From Candidatus Kaiserbacteria bacterium (lineage in GTDB: Bacteria > Patescibacteriota > Minisyncoccia > Phycocordibacterales > UBA2100), in NCBI GenBank assembly GCA_963767115.1, contig CAVYCR010000001.1:2430-66429 (forward strand): a DNA stretch of 64,000 bases, read 5' to 3'. A model generated the notes under the pieces. That model made no database searches, had not been told where the DNA came from, and saw nothing but the letters and a program-made list of their open reading frames with translations. Both the position numbers and the translations under genes were made by a program. Numbering within the stretch: the stretch's first letter is position 1; every line of letters starts with the position of its first letter. Positions 26,241 to 35,552 of this stretch are shown in pieces.

Positions 26241-27950
26241 CTAACCCTTTTGATCGACGTACACTGTAGCGCTGCAGCTGCCGGAATTTCCAGCGCTATT
26301 GTAGGCCGTGACAGTGTATACATTCGTTGCAGCGGCGAGGCCACCAATCGTCAAAGAACCGCTCGTCGCGCCGCTACCGTTACTGAAGTTGCTTGTCGTC
26401 AATGTCGCATTTTGACTAGTCCATGTGAGCGTTACCGAAGAACCCGGCTTTACATAAATCTGCCCTGGTACGGAAGTGTACGGGCTCGGCGTGTATCCGC
26501 TTGCCGCCAGAGTGCAGGTCGGTGCTGTTGCGGAACTTGAAGCAGTGCTATTTATCGTCAGCGTGCCGGTAGTAAGCAGGGTGTGTGTTGAGGCATCGTA
26601 CACAAGGATCGTGGCGACCAGCGCGGGGTTCAACGTAACGACGTTGACACTCCAGTGATTAGTCAAGACCGGTTCGGGCTGGAAAAATGCGACTCCCGGA
26701 TTTTGAGCGACAAAAGCCGAAACGGAGTTGTAATCGGTGCTTCCGGAATAGTTGGAATGAACCGACGCAACAATGACAGCGTTCGTGTTATAGGCTTCAC
26801 CCGTAATCGCGTACGATCCGAGCGCAGGATTGAGTGAATTTTGATCGATCGTCGCGGAGGGCGGCGAACTTGGCGTGGAACCGCTGCCGACTGTCAGAAC
26901 GCCGGTTGCAAGCGGAGCTAAAGCACTTTGCAATAGTTGTTGCAGCGTGCTCGCCGTGTCGGCGTCGCGCACATGAATCGTATACGCGCCAGACCCGATG
27001 CCTTGGAACGGAACCGACCAGCGCCCGTTTACAACTGGAACAATGGTGCCGATAGAAACTACATTCGCGCCCCCCACGTTTGTGGTGAAAGTAATATAAC
27101 CGGCCTGACTGGGAGGCGTGCTTCCGAAACCGGCAACGTCAACGCTCACCTTTTGCGCATTCGTTGCAGATCCCGAAATAGTGAAGTTTGAGGACGACTG
27201 GGCGAGAGAGCTTTGATCAATACTTGCGGAGGGTTGGCTTGCACTGCTTCCAGTGACCGTGATTGTTGCAGTGCCGAGCGAGTTGCCCGAAGAATCTGCT
27301 ATCCTCGCAATGTAGCTACCGGGCTGAGTGTAGGTATGCGTTCCCTGACAGACGGTGTCTTGACCAGCTGCAGAGCAGGATACGTTGTCAAAACTATTCG
27401 CCGCACCCACGGAAAATACCGCTCCATCGCCGAAGTCGAACGTGTTGAAGGCGACGGTGCTTCCTTTCATCGTAAAGGTAACCTGTAAAGGCGCTGCGCC
27501 AGACGTAGGTGTGGCGATGAAATTTTCAGTATTGCTCGATGTGACCGTCTGAGTCCCACCGTTATTCCCGCATGCCATCGCCCCTCTCGTGAGCACTCCA
27601 AAATATCCCGTTGCCGAAACATCGTGTGCGGATTGCCATGCCGCGAGTGCAACTTGTGTTTTTGTTCCAAAATAACCGGTTGATGGATTTATTCCGAGAA
27701 ATGTTTGAAGTGACGACACTTGATTGCCCGTAGTACCAATGCCGCCGAAGAAAGTAAGGTTGATGCAACTTTCTGAATTTGACCCGCTTGTCGATCCAGA
27801 CACATTTGCCGTGCCCTGCGCTTGCAATGTTGCAATTTGGCTTAGGAGGCTTTGAATCTCAGCTTGCAGAGAACTAATTGTCTGCGCCGACGCAAAAACT
27901 GGCGAGATGAGTAACGCGACCGCGACCCCCAAAGAGATGTATTTTTTCAT
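26241..27950 (-). CDS. secreted surface protein: coiled coil, PG-binding domain, PKD domain and Ig-like repeats
   Basis: Signal peptide, GNQVSSLQTFL...GYFGTKTQVALAAWQ (PG_binding_1-like) and GAAPLQVTFT...FDFGDG (PKD). The C-terminal Ig-like module is shared with the 40197 and 60282 proteins. Confidence 0.8.
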   Translation of the reverse strand: MKKYISLGVAVALLISPVFASAQTISSLQAEIQSLLSQIATLQAQGTANVSGSTSGSNSESCINLTFFGGIGTTGNQVSSLQTFLGINPSTGYFGTKTQVALAAWQSAHDVSATGYFGVLTRGAMACGNNGGTQTVTSSNTENFIATPTSGAAPLQVTFTMKGSTVAFNTFDFGDGAVFSVGAANSFDNVSCSAAGQDTVCQGTHTYTQPGSYIARIADSSGNSLGTATITVTGSSASQPSASIDQSSLAQSSSNFTISGSATNAQKVSVDVAGFGSTPPSQAGYITFTTNVGGANVVSIGTIVPVVNGRWSVPFQGIGSGAYTIHVRDADTASTLQQLLQSALAPLATGVLTVGSGSTPSSPPSATIDQNSLNPALGSYAITGEAYNTNAVIVASVHSNYSGSTDYNSVSAFVAQNPGVAFFQPEPVLTNHWSVNVVTLNPALVATILVYDASTHTLLTTGTLTINSTASSSATAPTCTLAASGYTPSPYTSVPGQIYVKPGSSVTLTWTSQNATLTTSNFSNGSGATSGSLTIGGLAAATNVYTVTAYNSAGNSGSCSATVYVDQKG

Positions 27951-28094
27951 ATTGAAAATGGTGCCAATAACCCCTTTACGGTAGCATCTTTCCGCAATAT
28001 CGGATACCGACTTGCCAACAGTCCCTCCTGGACTCCCACCACCGTTGCGTCATCCCTGTACCTGTCGAATTAGCAGGTCTTAACAGGGAAAAAT

Positions 28095-29429
28095 ATGGAG
28101 GCATCGATAGCAGAGGGTTTGGCAAAGATGGGCGTAGCGGCTCCGCAGGAGCAGAAAGCGATTGCGATTAAATATTGCCTCTACGCGCGCAAGAGCACCG
28201 AAGATGATGAGCATCAGGCGCTCAGCATCGAGTCGCAAATCAAGGAGATGGGCGCATTGGCGGCGAAAGAGAAATTGGAAGTGGTCGAGATCCGTTCAGA
28301 GAAACACTCCGCCAAAGCGGCAGGACAACGGCCGGTATTCCAGCAATTGCTCGCAGATATTCGCGAGGGAAAGTTCAATGGGATTCTCACATGGGCACCG
28401 GATCGTTTGTCACGTAACGGCGGCGACCTCGGCGTACTCGTCGACTTGATGGATCAGAAAGTGCTGGTCGAGATACGCACGTACACGCAGAAATTCACGA
28501 ACAACCCGAACGAGAAATTCTTGTTGATGATTCTTGGTTCGCAAGCCAAACTCGAGAACGACAACAAAAGCCTCAACGTAAAGCGCGGGCTGAAAGCTCG
28601 ATGCGAGATGGGCCTGTGGCCCGGCATCGCGCCGACAGGATATCTCAATGACAATCGGAGCGATCACAAATGCGAAATCCTTGTCGATCCGATTCGCTCG
28701 TCGGTAGTGAAGCAGATATTCGAAAAGGTCGGGCGCGACCGGATCAGCGGTAGAAAAGTGTACGCATGGTTGAAATATGAAATCCGATTTACCCATCGCT
28801 CCGGCAAACCGCTTAGTTTGAGCAATGTGTATAACGTACTCAAAAATCCCTTCTACTGCGGTATGTTCGAATATCCGCGCGGGGGTGGTCAGTGGTACAC
28901 CGGCAAGCACACGCCGCTCATCACCAAAGAGCTCTTCCAGCTGGTGCAGGAGAAAATTGCAGAGGAGAATCGGCCCAAGAAGAAATTCCAAGACTTCACC
29001 TTCACCAAGCTCATGACGTGCGGATACTGCGGTTCCGGCATCACCGCGCAGGAAAAGTCCAAAACCATCAAATCAGATGGCTCCGTACATTGGTATATCT
29101 ACTACAGCTGCGACAAGTTCAAGGATCACCACTGCAAGAATCCGTTCATTCGCGAGGACAATTTGGTCATGCTACTGCTCGAACTGATTGATCAGATCTC
29201 AATCGATGAAATCGGGGCGCGGCATCTCATCGAGCTGGAGGTACAGCGATACAACCAGCTGCGAGCCGCGATGGGTCATACCGATAAAGACAAGGCGAGA
29301 GATATGGACGTAAGAAAATATGCAAAATATCTCTTGCAGCACGGCGCATCAACAGAAAAGCGTGAATTGTTGCAGCATCTCCGCAACCGTATCGTGATGA
29401 AAGACAAGAAAATATTTCTCGAAAGTTGA
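28095..29429 (+). CDS. large serine recombinase (resolvase domain, recombinase domain, zinc ribbon)
   Basis: [22 protein letters not shown] holds the catalytic Ser region, followed by [12 protein letters not shown] and a Cys cluster CGYCGS...YYSC. Confidence 0.9.
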   Translation: MEASIAEGLAKMGVAAPQEQKAIAIKYCLYARKSTEDDEHQALSIESQIKEMGALAAKEKLEVVEIRSEKHSAKAAGQRPVFQQLLADIREGKFNGILTWAPDRLSRNGGDLGVLVDLMDQKVLVEIRTYTQKFTNNPNEKFLLMILGSQAKLENDNKSLNVKRGLKARCEMGLWPGIAPTGYLNDNRSDHKCEILVDPIRSSVVKQIFEKVGRDRISGRKVYAWLKYEIRFTHRSGKPLSLSNVYNVLKNPFYCGMFEYPRGGGQWYTGKHTPLITKELFQLVQEKIAEENRPKKKFQDFTFTKLMTCGYCGSGITAQEKSKTIKSDGSVHWYIYYSCDKFKDHHCKNPFIREDNLVMLLLELIDQISIDEIGARHLIELEVQRYNQLRAAMGHTDKDKARDMDVRKYAKYLLQHGASTEKRELLQHLRNRIVMKDKKIFLES

Positions 29430-29550
29430 CCGACACGAAAACGTCGAGCGATTTGCTCGGCGTTTTCGCGTCATCGACCCCTCTCGGTTGCGAACCGGCC
29501 TCGATGAGTTTTGAGGCCTCATGGACGCATGAATGGGCTGCTGACTGCTG

Positions 29551-29622
29551 TGCTCTCGGTAGGAATCGAACCTACATTAAGGCCTTAGAAGAGCCCTGTT
29601 CTATCCATTGAACTACAAGAGC
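29551..29622 (-). tRNA. tRNA-Arg (TCT)
   Basis: Hand-folded. Acceptor GCTCTTG/CGAGAGC, anticodon loop CTTCTAA, T-arm GTAGGTTCGATTCCTAC. Confidence 0.85.
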
Positions 29623-29655
29623 GTCCCCATATCGTATCCGCCCGCTCATATGCGG

Positions 29656-29982
29656 TCAATGCGACGGGTCTGCGATACTCGGGAGGGTTGCGGCGGCTTG
29701 GAAGTTTGTCGAGCGCGATTGGATTGCCTGTAGTGTCGCGTTTAATTGCGCTGTATTGAGAAGTATCTTACTCGCGGCGTCCGGTGAATCACCGGAGCCA
29801 AACTCATCGATGATGGCTACTGACTGCCATGCGCCAATGACGCACGCGATAATGACGACACCAAGCGCGACCAGGAGCAACATGCGCCAATACAGATCAG
29901 CGAACAAGACCGCATAGAGAGGCTCGTGGCGGCGCGCGTAGGTAGCGCGGATCATACCCAAGAGATGTGGTTTAGAATTCAT
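29656..29982 (-). CDS. small membrane protein, last gene of the pilMNO-like operon
   Basis: The start at MNSKPH overlaps the upstream stop by ATGA. It has one TM helix. Confidence 0.5.
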   Translation of the reverse strand: MNSKPHLLGMIRATYARRHEPLYAVLFADLYWRMLLLVALGVVIIACVIGAWQSVAIIDEFGSGDSPDAASKILLNTAQLNATLQAIQSRSTNFQAAATLPSIADPSH

Positions 29983-30527
29983 GACGAGATGACTGAAGAA
30001 GTAAATACACGCATCTGGACTTGGAGTTGCCACGACGACGCCTGGCCGGTCTGCGCGGGTGTGAGCGAGATGTTCATAGCTTGTACCGATGCAGGGACCG
30101 GCAACTGTTCGAGCATTTCGGCCGCACGCATCACGGACGGGAATGCGCCCTGCGCCTGCCCGGTAAAGGTGAAGGCACTGAGTCCGACTTTGCTCGAGAG
30201 CGTTTGTGGGATCGCATTGCCCAACTGGATAGGGGTGCCTATGGCACTTGCCCCTGATTGAATGAGGCCGGCAAGTGCGACCGGGTCAACCTGCATAAAA
30301 GACTGGAGAGATGAGCGGCTCGATGCCGTAGCATCTGCAAGCGCGGCGATAGTGTCGGCATGCTTTTGTTGGGCAGAGGTGTTGCCGAGGACGGAGAGCA
30401 TCGCAACGTATGCCGATTGCTGGAGCGCCACCGTGTATACGAAATATCCGACTTCACACCACGCGAGTACGGCAAGCGTAAGCACGATCCACGATATGTA
30501 TATGATGCGGTTGTTCGAGTTGTTCAT
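29979..30527 (-). CDS. PilO-like pilus assembly membrane protein
   Basis: 182 aa with an N-terminal TM helix. Its position after pilN is the main basis for the call, and similarity is weak. Confidence 0.5.
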   Translation of the reverse strand: MNNSNNRIIYISWIVLTLAVLAWCEVGYFVYTVALQQSAYVAMLSVLGNTSAQQKHADTIAALADATASSRSSLQSFMQVDPVALAGLIQSGASAIGTPIQLGNAIPQTLSSKVGLSAFTFTGQAQGAFPSVMRAAEMLEQLPVPASVQAMNISLTPAQTGQASSWQLQVQMRVFTSSVISS

Positions 30528-30530
30528 AAT

Positions 30531-31046
30531 TTAGAAGGCTCCGGAGAGCTTGACGGAGAAACTACCGCCGTTTTCTCCGAAGAGTACGCTTACCGGCACG
30601 GAGACCGTGGTGAAATGAGGGTCGTGGGCGAGCGCGGTGCGATACGAGTCGATGTCGCTCTCGGCTTGCGCCGTACCTACGAGCATGAGACTCCCCGGCG
30701 CATACGTGATCCCGGTGACGCTGATGCCGGCGGGCCTGAGCGAAAGCGCCGCAGTGATCGCATCGGTAGGGCTGGTCGTTGCCGTGAGGAGGGGCGTGAT
30801 TTGAGTGAGCACGTTTTGCGCGGAGGTGAGGCTTGCGGTCTGTGCCGTCGTAGGATTTGTACTCGAAGCAACGGCAGAATTTTGAATCGTATCCATCCCC
30901 TCGCGGATCGCGATCGACGCCGGCACGAAGGCAAGCATCGATAGAGCTGCCGCAACGATCGCCACCATCGAGCCGGCAATAGTGAGGCGCGCTCGCTCGA
31001 GGCGCGCGTTTCTCTTTCGCAATTCTGTAGGAAGGATGTTGGCCAT
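30531..31046 (-). CDS. pilN: PilN-like fimbrial assembly protein
   Basis: NILPTELRKRNARLERARL followed by a TM helix is the typical PilN N-terminus. It lies directly downstream of pilM. Confidence 0.7.
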   Translation of the reverse strand: MANILPTELRKRNARLERARLTIAGSMVAIVAAALSMLAFVPASIAIREGMDTIQNSAVASSTNPTTAQTASLTSAQNVLTQITPLLTATTSPTDAITAALSLRPAGISVTGITYAPGSLMLVGTAQAESDIDSYRTALAHDPHFTTVSVPVSVLFGENGGSFSVKLSGAF

Positions 31047-31052
31047 AAGATA

Positions 31053-32186
31053 TTATGCGCGCGCATTGCGCAGCGCGAGTCCGATTGCAGTTGCGTATTC
31101 GAGCGAAATGCGCGCGTCGATGGGCGGGATATAGTCTTCGAAAGAGCAAACGTGCCGCCAGACTTCCCCATAGGAGACCGGCGCCTGTATGCGCGCAGCA
31201 ATATAATCAGGAAGTCCGCGCAAATTGGCGCTCCCGCCGACCAAGAGCACGTGCGCAACCGGTGAGACGCGCTCACCGCGCTCATTGCGGCGCGTGTCCC
31301 AGTAATGGTAGTGTCGGGCAACTTCGTCTGAGAGACTCGAGGCGACTCCGACAAGTGCTTCGATGCCCTTAGAATCCTTGCCCCCTTCGGCAAAAAGTCC
31401 CTCGTCATTTTTGAAATGTTCGATATCATCGCCTGAGAGCTTGAGGTTGTCAGCAACAGCACGCGTGATCGCGTCGCCACCAAGCTCGACAGTCGAAGTA
31501 AATATCGGAATACCCTGCTTCAAAACTGAAAAGCCGGTGCGTGCGCGGCCGATGTCAGCCAAGAGCGTTACCGGCTCGTCCGGTCCGCTCCCCGCAACAG
31601 AGCGCCCTATCGAACGACCTTCAAGCTCGAGCGAGCGCAGCGTAAGCCCTGACATGCCGAATGCGTCGGCATAACTCTGCGAGACGTCGCGCGGGAAAAC
31701 ACTCACTGCGATCTCAAGCCCCTCGTCGGCGTCTTCACCGATCTCATCGAAATCATACACGGCGTCTTTGAGCGCGATCGGCACCCGACCCTCGAATTCA
31801 AACTCGACCATGCGCAAGATCTGGTCGCGCGCAGTACCTGACGGGACGTGCATACTGAAAACATACGCGGATTCTTCGGGGAGTGCGGCATGCACCGTGG
31901 CAATATCGCCAAGCTGTCCCTTGAGTATAGAAAGTGCTTGCGAGAGCGCGGGAGGATCGATCACCGAACCGCGTTCGACGATGCCAGGGGTGAGCTGTAT
32001 GGCACCGTAGCTTTTCACGTGCATGTGACCGAGCTCACCTACAAAGGCGATCCATTTGACCGATGTATCCGAAATGTCGACGCCTGCGACCGGCGGCGTA
32101 AGAAATCGCGGCGTCGGAAACGCGCGCGAAAGAGTTCTCGACACGCGCGTACCAACCGATTCATGAGAAAAGACCTCGCCACTCAT
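31053..32186 (-). CDS. pilM: type IV pilus assembly ATPase-fold protein PilM
   Basis: 377 aa with an actin-like fold. GVDISDTSVKWIAF, ADIGRARTGFSV and LVGGSANLRGLPDYI are present. Confidence 0.9.
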   Translation of the reverse strand: MSGEVFSHESVGTRVSRTLSRAFPTPRFLTPPVAGVDISDTSVKWIAFVGELGHMHVKSYGAIQLTPGIVERGSVIDPPALSQALSILKGQLGDIATVHAALPEESAYVFSMHVPSGTARDQILRMVEFEFEGRVPIALKDAVYDFDEIGEDADEGLEIAVSVFPRDVSQSYADAFGMSGLTLRSLELEGRSIGRSVAGSGPDEPVTLLADIGRARTGFSVLKQGIPIFTSTVELGGDAITRAVADNLKLSGDDIEHFKNDEGLFAEGGKDSKGIEALVGVASSLSDEVARHYHYWDTRRNERGERVSPVAHVLLVGGSANLRGLPDYIAARIQAPVSYGEVWRHVCSFEDYIPPIDARISLEYATAIGLALRNARA

Positions 32187-32217
32187 TGCTTTTAGTATAC
32201 CATCGCCCCTGCGCGCA

Positions 32218-32547
32218 TCAGCGCAGATTGGTACCGGGTACTACTGCGCGTTCAGGCACAAGCAGCGCGACGCCGCTCTCGTCGGAAGCGGCGACGAGCA
32301 TGCCTTGGCTTTCGACACCGCGCAAGCTACGGGGCGCGAGGTTGACGACATACGGCAACTGCTTGCCGACGAGTTCTTCTGGTTTCTTCCACAGCGCGAT
32401 ACCTGAGACAATCGTGCGCGTACCGATCTCGCCGAAGTCAACGGTGCACTTGATGAGCTTGTCAGTCTCCGGGACCATCTCAGCCGCAATGACCGTACCG
32501 ATCCGCATCTCGAGCTTGGCGAAATCATCGTATGAAATTTCTGGCAT
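32218..32547 (-). CDS. tRNA-binding domain protein (CsaA/EMAP-like)
   Basis: FAKLEMRIGTVIAAEMVPETDKLIKCTVDFGE...VVNLAPRSLRGVESQGML is the OB-fold tRNA-binding domain. Confidence 0.85.
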   Translation of the reverse strand: MPEISYDDFAKLEMRIGTVIAAEMVPETDKLIKCTVDFGEIGTRTIVSGIALWKKPEELVGKQLPYVVNLAPRSLRGVESQGMLVAASDESGVALLVPERAVVPGTNLR

Positions 32548-32551
32548 ACAA

Positions 32552-32950
32552 TTACTCTACACCCGCCGGCTTCATATCCAAAAAGCGCTGGAGGATGAAG
32601 GCTGCGGCGGCACTGTCGTCGTGCCCGCTGCCTTCCGGCGCGTAGCGAGAGGCTTCGACTGAGGAGAAGAGCTCGAGGGCACGCGAGATCGGCACGTCGG
32701 TTTCATGCGCGAGACTTTCAATGAAAGATTCCGCCTGCGTTGTCACCGGATTCTTGGCACCGTTGTGCGAGCGCGTATCGCCGACGACGATATGCCCGAT
32801 CGCCCCATCCTTCACCATAGCGACGATGCTCTTCAGCGCAGAAGCGTCGTTCTCGATCGTCGAGCGCGGGAATGCGATCGTGCCGCCAACGTCGGAAATC
32901 GCGAGTCCGATGCGTTTGCCGCCATAATCAATGCCGAGGTATTTCATCAT
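32552..32950 (-). CDS. ruvX: putative pre-16S rRNA nuclease/Holliday junction resolvase YqgF
   Basis: YLGIDYGGKRIGLAISD is the canonical YqgF N-terminus. Confidence 0.9.
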   Translation of the reverse strand: MMKYLGIDYGGKRIGLAISDVGGTIAFPRSTIENDASALKSIVAMVKDGAIGHIVVGDTRSHNGAKNPVTTQAESFIESLAHETDVPISRALELFSSVEASRYAPEGSGHDDSAAAAFILQRFLDMKPAGVE

Positions 32951-32969
32951 TGTGAGTATAGCAAAATAG

Positions 32970-33090
32970 AAGGCCCCCTACGGGAAAACATATTTTGCCG
33001 TCTACGCAGGCCCGGCGGGGCCGAGTCCGAGCGCTGGGCCAGCAGGCCCAGATAGCGACGGCAAAATATGTTTTCCCGTAGGGGGGCCTT
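32970..33090. repeat. long inverted repeat (33-bp arms, 54-nt GC-rich spacer holding two internal hairpins)
   Basis: AAGGCCCCCTACGGGAAAACATATTTTGCCGTC (32970-33002) pairs with GACGGCAAAATATGTTTTCCCGTAGGGGGGCCTT (33057-33090). The spacer contains GGCCC-ggc-GGGCC and CTGGGCC-agca-GGCCCAG. Confidence 0.8.
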
Positions 33091-33182
33091 TCCTCTATGT
33101 AATATATAAATGAAACGGCTGCACCGGGGTCTGGTGCAGCCTGTTTCGCTCATAATACTACCACGCCTTGGGAAATATTTCA

Positions 33183-33923
33183 CTATTCATCTGCCTCGCG
33201 CACGCCGAACGCCTCGACCGTACCAGTTGCGACCTGGTCGCCTATCATCAATACACGTTCGCCGATGTCAAAATTAGCGCCATATGGAAGCCTCGTTCGG
33301 GCAGTGACGATAACCGTCGTCGTACTGCTGCGGTTCTCGTCGTACAATATGAACCCGTCCTTTGTCAATGAAGCAATCGTACCGTAGTAGGCGTCTGGCG
33401 GCGGTGGCGGACGCAAGCCCGAGCCATAGGCAAAGCTTAGGAGCGCGGGAAGCTCGTTGTGGCGCGCGAAGAATTCCATTCTGCGGTGGAAAGAGGTCGC
33501 AGCAAGCGCGATCCCCCCGGCGAGCACGAGCATCACTATCACACACACCGATGCGATGAGCGGTTTGCGATAGACGAAAGCGAAGCGTCGCGCCAAGATC
33601 TCGAGCGACACGAGAAATACGACAATAAGGACGACCAAAAGCCATGGTATGGAATGCAGGAGCGAGAACCACCCGCGCATACCGAAGCTCGGTGCAAAAA
33701 GCGCGCCGTTGTCCCGCAAATAGAAGACAGAGAGGCTCACGATGTAGAGCAAAGTGAGAAGCAGGATGAGTATGCCGGTCGTGACTAGTGCTGAGAGTAG
33801 GAAGAAATGCCAGCGCGGGCGCATTTGCACGCGTCCTTTGCGGATCGCATCCATCACGTTGGTGCGTATGGAGAGCTGCGCGTTGGTTTTGGGGTCGTTC
33901 ATATCGGTATTCATATCAATCAT
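33183..33923 (-). CDS. membrane protein, putative anti-sigma factor partner
   Basis: It overlaps the end of the ECF sigma gene and has 4 TM helices plus a C-terminal soluble domain. The role is inferred from position only. Confidence 0.55.
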   Translation of the reverse strand: MIDMNTDMNDPKTNAQLSIRTNVMDAIRKGRVQMRPRWHFFLLSALVTTGILILLLTLLYIVSLSVFYLRDNGALFAPSFGMRGWFSLLHSIPWLLVVLIVVFLVSLEILARRFAFVYRKPLIASVCVIVMLVLAGGIALAATSFHRRMEFFARHNELPALLSFAYGSGLRPPPPPDAYYGTIASLTKDGFILYDENRSSTTTVIVTARTRLPYGANFDIGERVLMIGDQVATGTVEAFGVREADE

Positions 33924-34479
33924 AGAGTACTCCGGTATCGGAGGCTTTCTTCAAGGCGGCACGGCCACGGGCAAGGCGCACGCCCACCGTGGAGACAGGC
34001 ACCTGCAGTATTTCTGAGATTTCCTTGTAGTCCATGCTTTCCAGATAATACAAGACGAGCGGCTCGCGATATTTCGCATCGATCTTATCGAGGAAGCGCT
34101 CAAGCGTCGCGCGCATGTCGCGCTCGAGAGCGGCACTATCGGCAGTATCCGGTGCGGCGAGATGCGGAAAGAGCGTATCGATGTCGAAGGCAAAGACCGT
34201 ACGACGGCTTGCACGACGCTTCAGCGCGTTGACGAACTCGTTGTGCGCGATGCGATAGATCCACGGGCTAAACCTACGCGAGACGTCGAAACTCTGAATG
34301 TTTTCGTAAGCCTTGATGAAAATATCCTGCACGATGTCCTTGGCATCATCCGGATCCAGAAGGAATTTGCGCGCGTAGCGCAAGAGCTTCTCTTGGTAGC
34401 GTTCTACGAGCTCTCCAAAGACGTCTACTCCCCCGCCCTGAACGTGCGCGGCGATCTGTTCGTCGGTCTCAGCTTCCAT
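33916..34479 (-). CDS. RNA polymerase sigma-70 factor, ECF subfamily
   Basis: Region 2 (DIVQDIFIKAYENI...FSPWIYRIAHN) and region 4 (REPLVLYYLESMDYKEISEILQVPVSTVGVRLARGR) are both present. Confidence 0.85.
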   Translation of the reverse strand: MEAETDEQIAAHVQGGGVDVFGELVERYQEKLLRYARKFLLDPDDAKDIVQDIFIKAYENIQSFDVSRRFSPWIYRIAHNEFVNALKRRASRRTVFAFDIDTLFPHLAAPDTADSAALERDMRATLERFLDKIDAKYREPLVLYYLESMDYKEISEILQVPVSTVGVRLARGRAALKKASDTGVLYD

Positions 34480-34523
34480 CGTAGTAGGATACACAGGTAT
34501 CAGCAAGATGTATACTTGCATCT

Positions 34524-35540
34524 ATGAGAGTACGTCACGGGGTCGCTCTGCTCGTTGCTGCTGCGGCGCTTGTGGGCTTAGCGCTCCTGCGCGCGCACTC
34601 ATCTCCCCCATTCATACAGCGTGTGACACCGGCAACGCTTGGCACAACGTCCCTCATCACTGAGCCAAGCGATGGCATCACACCCCTCATTACCGCGATA
34701 GAAAATGCATCGTCATCTGTCGATCTCGTCATGTATCAGCTCGAAGATCCGCAGATAGAGCAGGCACTCGCGCAAGGCGCGTCGCGCGGTGTCAGCGTAC
34801 GAGTACTGCTCAACGGCGGGTATTACGGCAAGAAGGAAAACACCGACAACGACGCGGCGTACCAGTATTTCCAGTCGCACAATGTGGCAGTGCATTGGGC
34901 ACCGTCATACTTCGCGCTCACCCACCAGAAGACGCTCATTGTCGACGACGACCGGGGATATATCATGACACTCAATTTCACGCCGCAATACTATGCATCG
35001 AGCCGCGACTTCGCACTCGTCGATACTGACACCACTGACGTCTCGGCAATCGAAGCTGCGTTTGATGACGATTGGAACGGCACGCAGGCGACTGCGCCGG
35101 AGGGCGATGACCTCGTGTGGTCGCCCGGGTCCGAAGCATCATTGATCGACCTCATCGAGGGTGCGACGAGCTCGCTCGATATCTACAACGAAGAGATGGC
35201 GGACCCTGCTATTACCCAAGCACTCGAAGCTGCCGCCGCGCGCTCTGTCACGGTACGTGTTGACATGACCTACTCGAGCGAATGGAAATCCGCTTTCACC
35301 GCACTCACGCAATCAGGCGTACAGGTGCGCACCTATGCTGCCGACGCGCCGCTCTATATACATGCGAAGTTGATCATCGCCGACGACGCGCGCGTATTCC
35401 TCGGTAGCGAGAATTTCTCATCCGCCTCGCTTGAGAAGAACCGCGAACTTGGCATCACCCTCTCAAACCGGAGTGTCATTTCCTCACTCGAAACGACATT
35501 TCAAAAAGATTGGGCAGCCGCGACACCCTTTCAGCACTAG
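34524..35540 (+). CDS. secreted phospholipase D-family protein (two HKD motifs)
   Basis: HQKTLIVDDDRGYIMTLN and HAKLIIADDARVFLGSEN, with an N-terminal signal sequence. Confidence 0.85.
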   Translation: MRVRHGVALLVAAAALVGLALLRAHSSPPFIQRVTPATLGTTSLITEPSDGITPLITAIENASSSVDLVMYQLEDPQIEQALAQGASRGVSVRVLLNGGYYGKKENTDNDAAYQYFQSHNVAVHWAPSYFALTHQKTLIVDDDRGYIMTLNFTPQYYASSRDFALVDTDTTDVSAIEAAFDDDWNGTQATAPEGDDLVWSPGSEASLIDLIEGATSSLDIYNEEMADPAITQALEAAAARSVTVRVDMTYSSEWKSAFTALTQSGVQVRTYAADAPLYIHAKLIIADDARVFLGSENFSSASLEKNRELGITLSNRSVISSLETTFQKDWAAATPFQH

Positions 35541-35552
35541 CGACACTGCTCG

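Larger units (their letters stand above)
24300..29550. mobile_element. putative integrated island ending in a large serine recombinase next to tRNA-Arg(TCT)
   Basis: The region looks more AT-rich by eye than its flanks. The recombinase gene lies 121 nt from the tRNA 3' end. The left boundary is only guessed, from CTCACGGTAG at about 24324 versus CTCTCGGTAG at the tRNA 3' end. Confidence 0.4.

Noticed and set aside
32947-33183. 78-aa ORF covering the long inverted repeat.
   Set aside because: The peptide is itself pseudo-palindromic (PLRENIFCRR … RRRQNMFSRRGP) because it reads through both arms of the DNA palindrome. It is not a credible protein.
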